From the NCBI GenBank assembly GCA_002269645.1, contig NIVC01000828.1, positions 1-53,472 on the forward strand: a stretch of DNA of 53,472 nucleotides, read 5' to 3'. This document shows positions 1 to 12,553 of the stretch, one piece after another; the stretch's first letter is position 1, and each line of letters begins with the position of its first letter. Source of the stretch: Macrostomum lignano. Taxonomy: Eukaryota. A program made the position numbers and the translations under genes. The notes under the pieces were generated by a model. The model saw only the letters and a list, made by a program, of their open reading frames with translations. It ran no database searches and had not been told where the DNA came from.

Positions 1-519
1 CGCTCTCCGGAGGCCTGTCCGCAGCCGGAGTCGCTGCTGCACCCTCTGCTAGACTGCCTGGCCACCGTAGCCAGCCTCGGTGGTCCCGACGGTCAGGCCT
101 GCGCCCAATCGGGGCCGTCGCCGACCGTGCTGCAGCTGCTGGCCCGGCTGCCGTTTCGCTACTTCTCCGAGCCCAGCCTGCGGCGCCTTCTGTTCCCTGC
201 CGTGATCGCCTGCACGCTGCACAATCTGCCGCATTTAAATATCCTGGCTGAGGACCTGTCGCCTAGAATGATTGTAGCCTTTCTAGACTCGATCGCGACG
301 GCCTCTGGTGCTGACGATGGCCAGCAGATGACTGTCGACGAGTCAGCCAGGGTGCTGCAGCTGACGGTGCCTCAGTCTCAAATTGGGGAAATTCGCCAAT
401 TCTACTCAGACTTTTTGTGCGCTCCAGCTGCTGCCGGTGCTACTGCCAGTAGTGATAGTGGCAGTGCTGGAACTGCTGCCGAGATTACTGCCGGTGTGCC
501 AGTACTCGCTAATGGTTAG
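1..519 (+). CDS. SCAPER: 3' end of a SCAPER-like gene (S-phase cyclin A-associated protein in the ER), 5'-partial
   Basis: Frame is open from base 1 to TAG at 517-519: ...LLHPLLDCLATVASLGGPDGQACAQSGPSPTVLQLLARLPFRYFSEPSLRRLLFPAVIACTLHNLPHLNILAEDLSPRMIVAFL...VPQSQIGEIRQFY. This matches the recalled SCAPER C-terminal pattern (QSG..PTVLQKLCQLPFQYFSDPRL..VLFPSLIAACYNN..N..ILEQEMS...L..F; FP...WEEARQFF). Confidence 0.85.
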   Translation, partial: RSPEACPQPESLLHPLLDCLATVASLGGPDGQACAQSGPSPTVLQLLARLPFRYFSEPSLRRLLFPAVIACTLHNLPHLNILAEDLSPRMIVAFLDSIATASGADDGQQMTVDESARVLQLTVPQSQIGEIRQFYSDFLCAPAAAGATASSDSGSAGTAAEITAGVPVLANG

Positions 520-572
520 CAGGTTTGCAGTCGGTTTCGAGAACTTCGACCTATGATGAGTTTTTTTCAAAT

Positions 573-2126
573 TCAGATTCTAATGTGAGAATATCTCAGA
601 TTCTAATGTGGGAATATCTCGGATTCTAATGTGGGAATATCTCAGATTCTAATGTGGGAATATCTCAGATTCTAATGTGAGAACATCTCAGATTCTAATG
701 TGGGAATATCTCAGATTCTAATGTGGGAATATCTCAGATTCTAATGTGGGAATATCTCAGATTCTAATGTGGGAATATCTCAGATTCTAATGTGGGAATA
801 TCTCAGATTCTAATGTGGGAATATCTCAGATTCTAATGTGGGAATATCTCAGATTCTAATGTGGGAATATCTCAGATTCTAATGTGGGAATATCTCAGAT
901 TCTAATGTGGGAATTCTAATGTGGGAATATCTCAGATTCTAATGTGGGAATATCTCAGATTCTAATGTGGGAATATCTCAGATTCTAATGTGGGAATATC
1001 TCAGATTCTAATGTGGGAATATCTCAGATTCTAATGTGGGAATATCTCAGATTCTAATGTGGGAATATCTCAGATTCTAATGTGGGAATATCTCAGATTC
1101 TAATGTGGGAATATCTCAGATTCTAATGTGGGAATATCTCAGATTCTAATGTGGGAATATCTCAGATTCTAATGTGGGAATATCTCAGATTCTAATGTGG
1201 GAATATCTCAGATTCTAATGTGGGAATATCTCAGATTCTAATGTGGGAATATCTCAGATTCTAATGTGGGAATATCTCAGATTCTAATGTGGGAATATCT
1301 CAGATTCTAATGTGGGAATATCTCAGATTCTAATGTGGGAATATCTCAGATTCTAATGTGGGAATATCTCAGATTCTAATGTGGGAATATCTCAGATTCT
1401 AATGTGGGAATATCTCAGATTCTAATGTGGGAATATCTCAGATTCTAATGTGGGAATATCTCAGATTCTAATGTGGGAATATCTCAGATTCTAATGTGGG
1501 AATATCTCAGATTCTAATGTGGGAATATCTCAGATTCTAATGTGGGAATATCTCAGATTCTAATGTGGGAATATCTCGGATTCTAATGTGGGAATATCTC
1601 AGATTCTAATGTGGGAATATCTCAGATTCTAATGTGAGAACATCTCAGATTCTAATGTGGGAATATCTCAGATTCTAATGTGGGAATATCTCAGATTCTA
1701 ATGTGGGAATATCTCAGATTCTAATGTGGGAATATCTCAGATTCTAATGTGGGAATATCTCAGATTCTAATGTGGGAATATCTCAGATTCTAATGTGGGA
1801 ATATCTCAGATTCTAATGTGGGAATATCTCAGATTCTAATGTGGGAATATCTCAGATTCTAATGTGGGAATATCTCAGATTCTAATGTGGGAATATCTCA
1901 GATTCTAATGTGGGAATATCTCAGATTCTAATGTGGGAATTCTAATGTGGGAATATCTCAGATTCTAATGTGGGAATATCTCAGATTCTAATGTGGGAAT
2001 ATCTCAGATTCTAATGTGGGAATATCTCAGATTCTAATGTGGGAATATCTCAGATTCTAATGTGGGAATATCTCAGATTCTACTGTGGGAATATCTTAGG
2101 TTCTAATGTGGGAATATCTCAGATTC
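573..2126. repeat. 23-bp tandem minisatellite (ATTCTAATGTGGGAATATCTCAG)n, about 67 copies
   Basis: Directly visible and near-perfect; two shortened units near 911 and 1937. Confidence 0.97.
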
Positions 2127-2714
2127 GTATATTAAACTGTTACTGAGGTATTAAAAAACGAAGAACGATATCTTTGCTGTTTTACTTTAAGTAGTCTGGT
2201 GTGACTCCTAACAAAAGCAACAAGATAATGTGTTAATAGTTATGCGAAAGTTTATTTTACTATATGTTTTTCTTACCGACTTTTAACAATCAATGCTTGT
2301 TGGTAATTTAAACTGGAAAAAGTTTTTTATTTAAAAAATCTTTGCCTATTGAAAGCTCCCGTTTTTATACAAACCAAATTTTCTATATTGGACTCGAAGT
2401 AATATTTTAGCACACACTGCACACACATTCCTTTCTGTTGTTGTTTCGTTCGATTGGCGTTGCAGTTATTCAACTTGTGTGTTCATTATGCATCTACTGT
2501 AGCTGCGTTCTGCTGCAGCCAGTGACAAATCTAACAGTAGCCGCCACTTTACCCTGACAATTGCAGCGGCTGGTGTGATATAAATACAGTGCTTCGTGTC
2601 TATTGCTGCTTTTTGCATTGCTTACTTCTTTAAATTATAACTCTTCTGTTTGTATGGCGCCCTGAGAGCTTTTGGCTTGTTGTATTTTGCTATCGAATCA
2701 GCTTTGAATTTGCA

Positions 2715-2715
<1 letters not shown>

Positions 2716-2747
<32 letters not shown>

Positions 2748-2758
2748 GTGTCTGTCTT

Positions 2759-2801
<43 letters not shown>

Positions 2802-2812
2802 TTCTGTCTGTG

Positions 2813-2853
<41 letters not shown>

Positions 2854-2874
2854 TTCTGTCTGTGTGTCTGTCTT

Positions 2875-2925
<51 letters not shown>

Positions 2926-2946
2926 TTCTGTCTGTGTGTCTGTCTT

Positions 2947-2992
<46 letters not shown>

Positions 2993-3042
2993 ACAGACTG
3001 TCTGTGTGTGTGTCTGTCTGTGTGTGTCTGTCTGTCTGTCTG

Positions 3043-3078
<36 letters not shown>

Positions 3079-3189
3079 ACAGACTGTCTGTGTGTGTGTG
3101 TGTGTGTTTGTCTGTCTGCCTGTCTGTCTGCCTGTCTGTCACAGACTGTCTGTGTGTGTGTCTGTCTGTCTGTCTGTCTTTCTGTCTGC
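2716..3189. repeat. (TCTG)n/(TG)n compound microsatellite
   Basis: Directly visible; explains the CLSV/TDRQ pseudo-ORFs. Confidence 0.97.
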
Positions 3190-3688
3190 CACTATAGCTA
3201 TCAAAAGCACAAACAGATGTACTTTCATATTAAAATGCTTTCTTATCATGTTTCTTAATATTTTATTCAGCACAAAATTATCCGACACATAAAATATATA
3301 TAAGCTTTGTATAGAGCAACTTTTGCGACAAGCAACCTTTGTTCATTCAATATAAACAGTGAATTGTGTTTATCGTCTGGTATCTCATTGAAGCGGCCGT
3401 GTTAATTACTCACTGTGCTCAATAGCGCATCAATAAATGCGGAGTCTGCAGATTGGTTAGCGCCCGTGAATTTTTCCGATTGCTTAAACAACGTTGGTTA
3501 GTTGATACTGGATAATCAAGGCTGGAGGAGGGGCGCCCTGCGGCTTTAGCTAATCTTCTTATTTGCGAATCTTAAGTTAGAGGATAAGGACGGCTGGATG
3601 GGTCGGACCCGTGTGTATTCAGCGGGATTGCCAGTGCAGTTACAGTCTTCCGCTTGCAATGCGGAACTTTCTTGCCCTCTGACGCCCA

Positions 3689-3875
3689 GACAGAGACATA
3701 CAAACATTCATATATAGACAGGCAGACAGACAGACATACAGGCAGAGAGATAGACAGAAACTAAGACAGACAGACAGTCATCGACAGGCAGTCATAGATA
3801 GACACAGACAGCAGGCAGGCAGACAGACACTAAGACAGCCGGACAGGGAATATAAGACAGACAGACTGACTGACT
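3689..3875. repeat. Degenerate (CAGA)n microsatellite
   Basis: cagacagacagac-rich tract, opposite orientation to 2716-3189. Confidence 0.75.
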
Positions 3876-4490
3876 GGCGAAGAGATTGGCTGCAATTTTA
3901 TATCATGTTATTATCATAAAGTTCCCTCATATAAACACGAAGGAAATTGAAGCCTAATCCAAATTTAGTTTATTCAAGACCGAAGCTGCTACACGCAGCG
4001 GTCAAATTTGCCATGTACTCTACGCGTAAATCTGTATAATATGCTGCGCCTTGCATCAGTGATATGAAGTTCGCATCAAGCAGCTATAGTAGAACTGCAA
4101 TTCATTTCTGGCATAGCAACTAATTCTCCGCCATAAATGGTTAATACCGCGCATCTCAGCAGCAGTTTATGCAAATGATTACTTTGCTACCATTGGGAGG
4201 AAACTCGATTTGCCTGGCAAACAAATTTCTCTCTTCCTTGCTCGACTAAGCTGCATTGCCCTCCATCCGCTCAGCAACTTTATCGGCGAGGAACAACGCG
4301 AAAGAGTTTGAATTTGCGATGCAAATTAATGCGAACATTCTAGCTGCATTTAGCAAGCATATAATTGTAGGATCCCCGCATGTATACATGCAATCTACTG
4401 TGTTTCTGAGCTCAGCAGGTTATCAGTTTATTTACAATATTATATAATTACTATTTGGCAATCTGCTTTGCCAGTAAAATAAATTCTGAT

Positions 4491-4682
4491 CTCTACACAG
4501 TATCTGAGGATGGCGTCATTATTCTTTACACAGCATCTGATGATGACGTCATAATCTCTACACGGCATTTGATGATGACGTCATAATCTTTGCACAGCAT
4601 CTGTTGATGACGTCATAAACTCTACACAGCATCTGATGATGGCGCCATAATCACTACACAGCATCTGATGATGGCGCCATAT
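4491..4682. repeat. 32-bp tandem repeat, about 6 copies (CTCTACACAGCATCTGATGATGACGTCATAAT)
   Basis: The ATGACGTCAT palindrome recurs at 4543, 4575 and 4607 (32-bp period). Confidence 0.85.
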
Positions 4683-4816
4683 ATCCTTCAAAGTGTCCTT
4701 CTACATGCTTCAGCTGTTCACCACAAGATGTCATTATAGGAGACAGAACTCGTTGTTTTAACACATTTTCTAAGAAAAAGTTTTTCGTCAACTTCCGGGT
4801 GAAGTCGTTACCGACT

Positions 4817-6613
4817 CTAGTTCCCGCCGGGGACTAAGCTGTAACCCCGACATCGAAGTCGCCTTCTACGCCGACGCCCCAGCACCCGATTTGCCAACAT
4901 GTTGTGCAGCGCGAAGACCAGTGGCTTCGGGCACGTCTCCAAGTCGATCTCGGCTGACCGGCCACCGCCGCTAGTCGATGTCGAATCTTCCAGGCAGCAG
5001 CCGAACTCCAATCGGAGCAACCGTTCGCCGTCGTCCGAGCTCGATTTCAAAGCTTCGAACGGCATCGTCCAGAGAGGCCTGGCGTCGCCTTCGTCTTGGT
5101 CGTCGGTCTCCCCTGGAAGCGACATCCGCAAACCGCCGAGCTCCGCGTCCAACAACAGCCGGCAGCGGCTGCCCTCGAATCGGCAGGGCAGAGTCAGCGC
5201 CTGTCCGCAGGCGGCATCGGCGATGGCCTCGGACAGGGCGGCCGTCCAGCCGGCCAGACTCGCGGCCGATTCGGCCGTGAAGCTCAATGTCCGGACGCCG
5301 AGCGGGGTGCCAGTCCTGGTGGAAAACTGCAACGGCCGCGGCGCTGCTCCGTCTTCGTCGTCGGCAATCGTGAGCAGCAGGCGGGTGAACAGTAGGTCAA
5401 TCCGATGCAGAACCGCGTCAGCAAGACGGCCTTCGACACTGACTGCGGCCGCAGCGTCAGCTGCCGCGGCGGCGTCGGGGAACACGAGCAACTGGTCCTC
5501 GACTAGCAGGCAGAAGACCCAGCGCCAGTCCGGCAGGCCTTTGACGCGACTGGCTGCTGCCAACCGCTCCTTCAGCCAGCCGGCTCGGAGAGGTCCCGCC
5601 GACCTGTCGCTTGTCGCCGCCGCCGCGATCGCCCAGTCGTCGGTCAGGGCTTCCACCGCTGATTCAACGCTACGAAACCAGGCGTCGGCGCCAGCGTCGC
5701 TGGGGGCGCGCAGGTGGCATCGATGGCGACCGCTTGGACTACGGAGCTCCAAGCAGCGCATCGAATCGTCTGGTCCATCGGCGAAGCGGCTCAGTTGGGC
5801 GAGGCGAAGCGGCAGAATTTGGACATCGTCGGCCTGCTTTGCTGTCGTCGGCGGCAGCGCTGGCGGCGGCGGGTGCAGCGTCTGGAGAAGCTTCACCTCG
5901 AGTTCGATGGCGCGGTTGCGACGTCGGCTGTTCCGGCAGGCTCGCTTCAATGATCGGACGGCCTCGTCGTGCGTGGTCGAGCGCAGGTCCTCGTCGTTTA
6001 CGGATAGAATGGCGTCGCCCACCTGCAGGGTACCGGTTCTGAGGGGACGAATGGTGTATTAGTTGGATGGTGGAGGGGTAATAGAGAGATATTACCTATA
6101 TTGATGATTATGATTATGCGTACTTATCAGCGGCCATCCCAGGAAAGATCCGACTAATAACGACTGGCATGTTAGTCTCGCGACCGCCCTTAATGCTAAG
6201 GCCCAGGCCGACACCATCCTCGCGGTCTATCAGAACCAGCCGTTTCTGATACTTTGTTTCAGCTAAAATTGGAGTTTATACCGTCGCGTCGCTTATTGAA
6301 AAAGTCACAATTTCAAACACAGAAGAAACTCACCATTTTTAGTCTTGATTTCGCTCGAAGATTCCTCAGCAAAGTAGTCAATGCTACGAGCTGTAAAATC
6401 GTTCTGAACTTCGTGACTTAACAAAAAATTGTCCAACATAGTGGTTACCCGGTGCCCTTCAGAGTTAGCTAAGGACTCATTTTTAAGCGAGTAGTTATGT
6501 GGTTTCACAACGAGAGCCTCCTTGTAAAGGCTCACCGTGGCTTGTATCCACGAACCAGGCCCTGCGTGAACTTCAAGATTGCCGGTTAGAATTGGCTGCT
6601 CAGAGGATCCCAT
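4817..6613 (-). CDS. Syn1: Alpha/beta-type syntrophin (split PH1-PDZ-PH1b, PH2, SU domain), 3 exons, about 546 aa
   Basis: Exons 6613-6334, 6262-6124 and 6038-4817 have GT-AG boundaries and consistent phases (1641 nt, TAG at 4819-4817). PDZ: GLGLSIKGGRETNMPVVISRIFPGMAAD.TGTLQVGDAILSVN. SU domain: PFEALKSSSDDGERLLRLEFG...EIDLETCPKPLVFALHNML. Confidence 0.93.
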
Positions 6614-7881
6614 TTATTGGTTTAAATACCAGGTATTACTACAAGTATTTTGCTTTATTTTAGCTTATCAATAATTGTATTGTTTAAAACGTAGCTATAG
6701 ATAATATCGGATAGAAAATCTGTATTTCTCGGAAAATTTATAAGTTAAATTAACTCAGCACGATAATTCATTCTTTTAACAAATATATATAGCATAGAAC
6801 GTTTGCACAGAAATAAATATTTTAAAATTGCACATGTGCATTATAGTACATTAAATTTACAATAAATCTTTAATTTTTTGTCAATTTTTATTCAAAATAT
6901 ACAACGACGGTAACGTATTAATTAAATTCAAGGATTTCAACGTCAATTTTAACGTACGATTTCAAGGAAGGACTTTATACATTTGTAAGATGTACATTCT
7001 TACTTATAGATAGTCAAAAGAAAGATGGGTGAATTTATTTTTTTCAGTAAAATTAGATAGATACTTTTGTTTAAAATAGAGAAGACTTTTCTTCTGTATG
7101 ATATGCTCTCGACGAAGGCTCTCCTTGTAACTAATGCATTTATTCCATTTAATAGTTAGGCGTTTAGTTTAAGAGATTATAGTAGCTTAATGCAGTAGTA
7201 AAAACGTGGCTGTAGCTAAAAATTACGTATTTAAGATAGCCTTATTCATTCCTTACTATTTTATAAATTACTTGTAAAGTACAATTGTTAATAAACTATA
7301 AGAACTACAAATAGATACCTACAAATAAACTAAAGAATTCCGAATCGTATCATAATTGAAATATTCAATAAATACGTTTTCCAACGTCAGTGACAAAGCT
7401 ACTTCAAGCTGGGTGCATGTAATTGTCAATAAACTATTTAATATTCGACTCCGGGTGTTTATGAGGCAAGCAAAATCAAGAATTTAACATAATTATAATT
7501 CATTACCTATTTTTGTCGAATAATTGCGTCGAAGTGCAAATTTGCAAATTGTACAGCACACGTATTTTTATTTTTCGAAACATAAATTTTGAAGTGTTGT
7601 ATAAAAATAGTTAAATTAATTCACTTTTTAACAGCATAAAAGTAAGCATCCTCGCGTGGTCCTTGACCTTGCTAATTTAGAAGAAAATTCGAAATTCGAA
7701 ATAAAAATGTATTCGATATTTTTAGGGAGTAGAAATAATTTTAGGTATAAAATTAAATGGTAAACAAAATTTTAATTTAAAGCAAAAAGTTTTCAGTCGG
7801 TTACACGGCATGAATAAACCGCGTACTTTTACATGTTGGCTTAGCGTTGATTGACTTGTTGAGGTTCGTGTGCGTGCAGCT

Positions 7882-8820
7882 TTAGGAGTCTGGCTTGACC
7901 CGCTTGCGGCGCTGTTGAGCCGCCGTCGGCTGCTTCTTCTGCTGCTTGGCGGCCGGCTTTTTTGATGTCGCCGCCTTTGATTTTGCTGCAGCAGCCGGCT
8001 TTTTCTTTGGCTTCTCTTCTTCCTCTTCCTCATCTTCTTCCTCTGCTTCCTCGACATCCTCCTCCATTTCCTCGTCGATGTCTTCCTCTTCCTCCTCCGC
8101 CACACCGTCCTCGCCCTCCTCTTCTGCTTCTTCGTCCTCCTCCTCCTCATCATCTTCGTCGCCACCGCCAATCAGCGACACCACCCGGTGAACCCGGTGA
8201 GTACCGGTTAGCCACACCGGCCCGTCGCCTTCAGCTAGTTCGAACGTGCACGACGACGGCGTCGCGGGCAGACTCGTGGCAGCAGCCTCTTCGAAGCCAC
8301 TGGCAGCCGCATGTACACCGGTCTCCAGCACGAACTCGTGGCCCAGGGCCAGGGTCCGCTGGCTGGCCGGGTCGATGCACAGAATCGGCGTGCCGCTCAG
8401 CGCAGTCAGCAGCTTCTCGTCCGCCTCTTCTTCAGCCCCTGCTGGCTGCTTCTTGGTCGACGATGGTGGTCCCGTGCGCACGGTGACCAGGTGAATACCG
8501 GCGGCCTTGGGCGCCAGAACGCAGCCAGTCACGTGCAGCAGATGACGCGTCACTCCCTCGGTCTCGTCGTCCGCATCTTCCTCGTGAGCGTGGTCCGACT
8601 GCTGCTTCTGATCTTTGCCGTTTTTAGAGTGCTCATCGGGTTTTGGCTCAACTCCGTTGCCATTCTTAACCGCGTGCTCACTTTCCGGTTTCCCATCCGG
8701 GCACCATTCAAAGCGCGGCTGCTCGCGGGTCAACTGGCAGCGCCAGAAGTGCACGGACACTTGCTCAACTCTTTGCTCCTGCATGGCGGCTAGAGTGCTT
8801 AAGTTGAACGCAGAGGACAT
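7882..8820 (-). CDS. Nucleoplasmin/NPL-family histone chaperone, 312 aa, no introns in CDS
   Basis: NPL core motifs FWRCQLTREQPRFEW, LLHVTGCVL, FELAEGDGPVWLTGTH, followed by a long D/E tract and a basic K/R tail (KKPKKK...RRKRVKP). Confidence 0.88.
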   Translation of the reverse strand: MSSAFNLSTLAAMQEQRVEQVSVHFWRCQLTREQPRFEWCPDGKPESEHAVKNGNGVEPKPDEHSKNGKDQKQQSDHAHEEDADDETEGVTRHLLHVTGCVLAPKAAGIHLVTVRTGPPSSTKKQPAGAEEEADEKLLTALSGTPILCIDPASQRTLALGHEFVLETGVHAAASGFEEAAATSLPATPSSCTFELAEGDGPVWLTGTHRVHRVVSLIGGGDEDDEEEEDEEAEEEGEDGVAEEEEEDIDEEMEEDVEEAEEEDEEEEEEKPKKKPAAAAKSKAATSKKPAAKQQKKQPTAAQQRRKRVKPDS

Positions 8821-8940
8821 TGTGCAGCTTTTTGGAGATTGAAGTTTCTAATTGACTAAATTTTAGGTTCAGTCATGTTTATAAATCGATTTGCCATGCC
8901 GTTTTTTTTTGGGGGGGGGGATGGGTTGAAGGCAGATCGG

Positions 8941-9052
8941 CCCTGATTGGCTGCTGAAATTTATCAGTCTATAAAGAAGTCAGAGCGTGCGCGGATTGTT
9001 TTCCACCCCTCCCTCCCCGCCAAATACGTATAGAACCACCCCAGCCAATCAG
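8941..9052. promoter_or_regulatory. Pair of inverted CCAAT (NF-Y-type) boxes upstream of the nucleoplasmin-like gene
   Basis: CTGATTGGCTG at 8943-8953 and CAGCCAATCAG at 9042-9052 are the same 11-mer on opposite strands, about 120-230 bp upstream of the ATG at 8820. Confidence 0.55.
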
Positions 9053-9605
9053 AAAGAGCTTAGACTTTGTCTTTATCAAGGTCAGTTAGTGGAGTACGCT
9101 CGTAATAGTAAGTACACACACACACTTGTTAGCCGGTTTTTGCAAGAAAGATAAAAAGGTTTAATAATTATCTGTTCGTATAATTGAATCAGGTTAGGTT
9201 ACGTATTATTGAATACGTAAATTTACTTTATTAAACTACCTATTAAATTTACAGTCGGAAAAAGTAATTATTGAATACTTTCCAAGGCTAGTTCACACCA
9301 GCATAAGATAAGATCGAGTGGTTGATTTATTGTACACCATGTGATGAAAGAATTTGTGCAACCCTTTTAAAGGCTAAAATAAAACCTTCTAAATGGGACC
9401 TTTATTATTGATCTCGTAGTTTTTCGTATAATATTATCAATCAAGTTAATTTTTCCAAGAAACGCCGTTTTCTGATGATTAGTTAATTCATAAGCTTTCA
9501 AATATAAACTCAACAACATTGATAAGTTGCCACCCTTTGACCCAGTGAGCAGCGTCGATCACCTGGCCAACCATTTTGATATTTGAAAATGCTTGAAAAA
9601 ACAAT

Positions 9606-10250
9606 AAAAAAACCGAGCTTGCTATCTTGGGGATGCTTGCTATCTGGGGGATGCTTGCTGTCTTGGGGATGCTTGCTATCTGGGGGATGCTTGCTGTCTT
9701 GGGGATGCTTGCTGTCTGGGGGATGCTTGCTATCTGGGGGATGCTTGCTGTCTTGGGGATGCTTGCTATCTGGGGGATGCTTGCTATCTTGGGGATGCTT
9801 GCTATCTGGGGGGATGCTTGCTGTCTTGGGGATGCTTGCTATCTGGGGGATGCTTGCTATCTGGGGGATGCTTGCTGTCTTGGGGATGCTTGCTATCTGG
9901 GGATGCTTGCTATCTTGGGGATGCTTGCTATCTGGGGGATGCTTGCTATCTGGGGGATGCTTGCTATCTGGGGGATGCTTGCTATCTGGGTGGATGCTTG
10001 CTATCTGGGGGATGCTTGCTATCTGGGGATGCTTGCTATCTGGGGGATGCTTGCTATCTGGGGGATGCTTGCTATCTGGGGGATGCTTGCTATCTGGGGG
10101 ATGCTTGCTATCTGGGGGATGCTTGCTATCTGGGGGATGCTTGCTATCTGGGGGGATGCTTGCTGTCTGGGGGATGCTTGCTATCTGGAGGGATGCTTGC
10201 TATCTGGGGGATGCTTGCTATCTGGGGGGATGCTTGCTATCTTGGGGATG
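9606..10250. repeat. 18-19-bp minisatellite (GCTTGCTATCTGGGGGAT)n, about 35 copies
   Basis: Directly visible; G-run length varies between copies. Confidence 0.95.
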
Positions 10251-10812
10251 TTTTCTATTTAGGGGGAATGTCTGTTATCTTTGTGAATGCTGTATTTTGT
10301 TGTCTTTCTGCTAATTTTAGAAAAAAAGAAAGAGATTCACAGCAAACATCCTTGTCCGTGACAATTTTACTCGAATAAGGTGATTTATAAAACTGAAGAA
10401 GGAAATGTGCTTAAGAAAAGAAAATGTGCTTTTTTAAATGTTTTCCATGAATAAGTTTTGCTCCTTGCCTATTGAGCGCCCTGAAGAGGGGCACTAGATT
10501 GCTAGTTTTAATTATGAATCAATTACAAAGAAATACTATTTACTCGTACATGTAGATCTAGACCTGAAATATTTAAAAAAATTGACTCATTTTTTTTTCT
10601 CATTGACTCATTGACTCCTGACTCATTTAATTGATTTAAGATTGTCAATCGACCCTTTGAACTTACTCTTGACTTAGGAGCTGGGAGCACCCCTTGAGTT
10701 ACTCTTAATGCTGTTCAATTCACTCCTGACTCCCTGTGTCATATAGCATCCATATTCATAACTTTTGCACTCTTGAACTCCTTAATTAAGAGTCTCGAAA
10801 AAGCATTGACAA

Positions 10813-11288
10813 TCCTAATCCTAGCTTTATCCTAATCCTAGCTTTATCCTAATCCTAGCTTTATCCTAATCCTAGCTTTATCCTAATCCTAGCTTTATCC
10901 TAATCCTAGCTTTATCCTAATCTTAGCTTTATCCTAATCCTAGCTTTATCCTAATCCTAGCTTTATTCAAATCCTAGCTTTATCCTAATCCTAGCTTTAT
11001 CCAAATCCTAGCTTTATCCTAATCCTAGCTTTATCCTAATCCTAGCTTTATCCTAATCCTAGCTTTATCCAAATCCTAGCTTTATCCTAATCCTAGCTTT
11101 ATCCTAATCCTAGCTTTATCCTAATCCTAGCTTTATCCTAATCCTAGCTTTATCCTAATCCTAGCTTTATTCTAATCCTAGCTTTATCCTAATCCTAGCT
11201 TTATCCTAATCCTAGCTTTATTCTAATCCTAGCTTTATCCTAATCCTAGCTTTATCCTAATCCTAGCTTTATCCTAATCCTAGCTTTA
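10813..11288. repeat. 17-bp minisatellite (TCCTAATCCTAGCTTTA)n, about 28 copies
   Basis: Directly visible. Confidence 0.95.
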
Positions 11289-11977
11289 TAGAATAGCACG
11301 GGCCGCTGAGAAAATACTTGACGACCGTCCACTACTGGTTTCGGGTGGAAACTTTATAAGATGTTGCTGCGTGTGGCTATCGCGCGGACAGACAGACAGA
11401 CAGGGGGGGGGGCAAAATAAGAAGAGTGCGCCGGGTTGCAGTTTTTTTACCGAATGACCCATCGCAAGCAATCTCTATCTCTCCATTATTGTAACCAGAA
11501 TCTCTGTCTCCGATTATTCTTTCTCACGTGGTCTTGCATTCTTATATTTTTTTGTCTCACTACGCAGCGATTCGTAGAGGCACTCACTCCTGTTGGACTG
11601 AGGGTTTCAACTCTGCATATGGTTAAGCAAGAAGCTTGAGTTTCCATATTTATGAACAACCCTCAGGGCAGTTCATTTGTCCGGCCCTCATTTCGCTTGG
11701 AGCGAATTCTTTTCTAAGAATATTTTTGAAACTATTGATAGATATATTTCTTGTCTGAACGAATCGACTGTTTTCAAAAGAAAATCGAAATCTAAGATTT
11801 TGTTGGTAGAGCAAGTTTAATTCGACTATAAACTTCTGACAGAGGTGAGTTGAAAATCGGACTGTGCATTATAATGGGCGTCAGCACCACTTAGGTGTCA
11901 GGAGCGCCATTTTAAAGGAGTTATTTTAGTGATGCCTCGATAGGGTGTCAGAAAGGCCACTAAAAATGTATCAGGAG

Positions 11978-12320
11978 TGCCGCTATAAATGTGTCAGGGG
12001 TGCCGCTATAAATGTGTCAGGGGTGCCGCTATAAATGTGTCAGGGGTGCCGCTATAAATGTGTCAGGGGTGCCGCTATAAATGTGTCAGGGGTGCCGCTA
12101 TAAATGTGTCAGGGGTGCCGCTATAAATGTGTCAGGGGTGCCGCTATAAATGTGTCAGGGGTGCCGCTATAAATGTGTCAGGGGTGCCGCTATAAATGTG
12201 TCAGGGGTGCCGCTATAAATGTGTCAGGGGTGCCGCTATAAATGTGTCAGGGGTGCCGCTATAAATGTGTCAGGGGTGCCGCTATAAATGTGTCAGGGGT
12301 GCCGCTACAAGTGTGTCAGG
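11978..12320. repeat. 23-bp minisatellite (TGCCGCTATAAATGTGTCAGGGG)n, about 15 copies
   Basis: Directly visible. Confidence 0.95.
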
Positions 12321-12553
12321 GTCCTTTCAGGGGCTAGTCACAACCGTTCGTTTCAGGGTTGTCACTTGAGGAGATGACACCTAATTTGAGTACCTGGGGC
12401 TCCAAAATGACCCCCTTGGCTAACAAAATCTCTGACGAACAATTCCGTCTATAGCGTGATCATTTGTATGCATCAGGGCCCGTGGGCGGCACCGGTCCTC
12501 CTCCCAGAAGCGAGACTAATTAAATTATGATATTTAATTCTCTCACCTGTCAG

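Noticed and set aside
2650-3292. CLSV/TDRQ repeat ORFs, and similar ORFs at 9583-10378, 15317-16148, 16618-17767, 29551-29919 and 42339-43933
   Set aside because: Artefacts of micro- and minisatellites.
10813-11288. Telomere-like repeat (reverse strand contains TTAGGA)
   Set aside because: The unit is a 17-mer, not (TTAGGG)n or (TTAGG)n, and it is internal; treated as an ordinary minisatellite.
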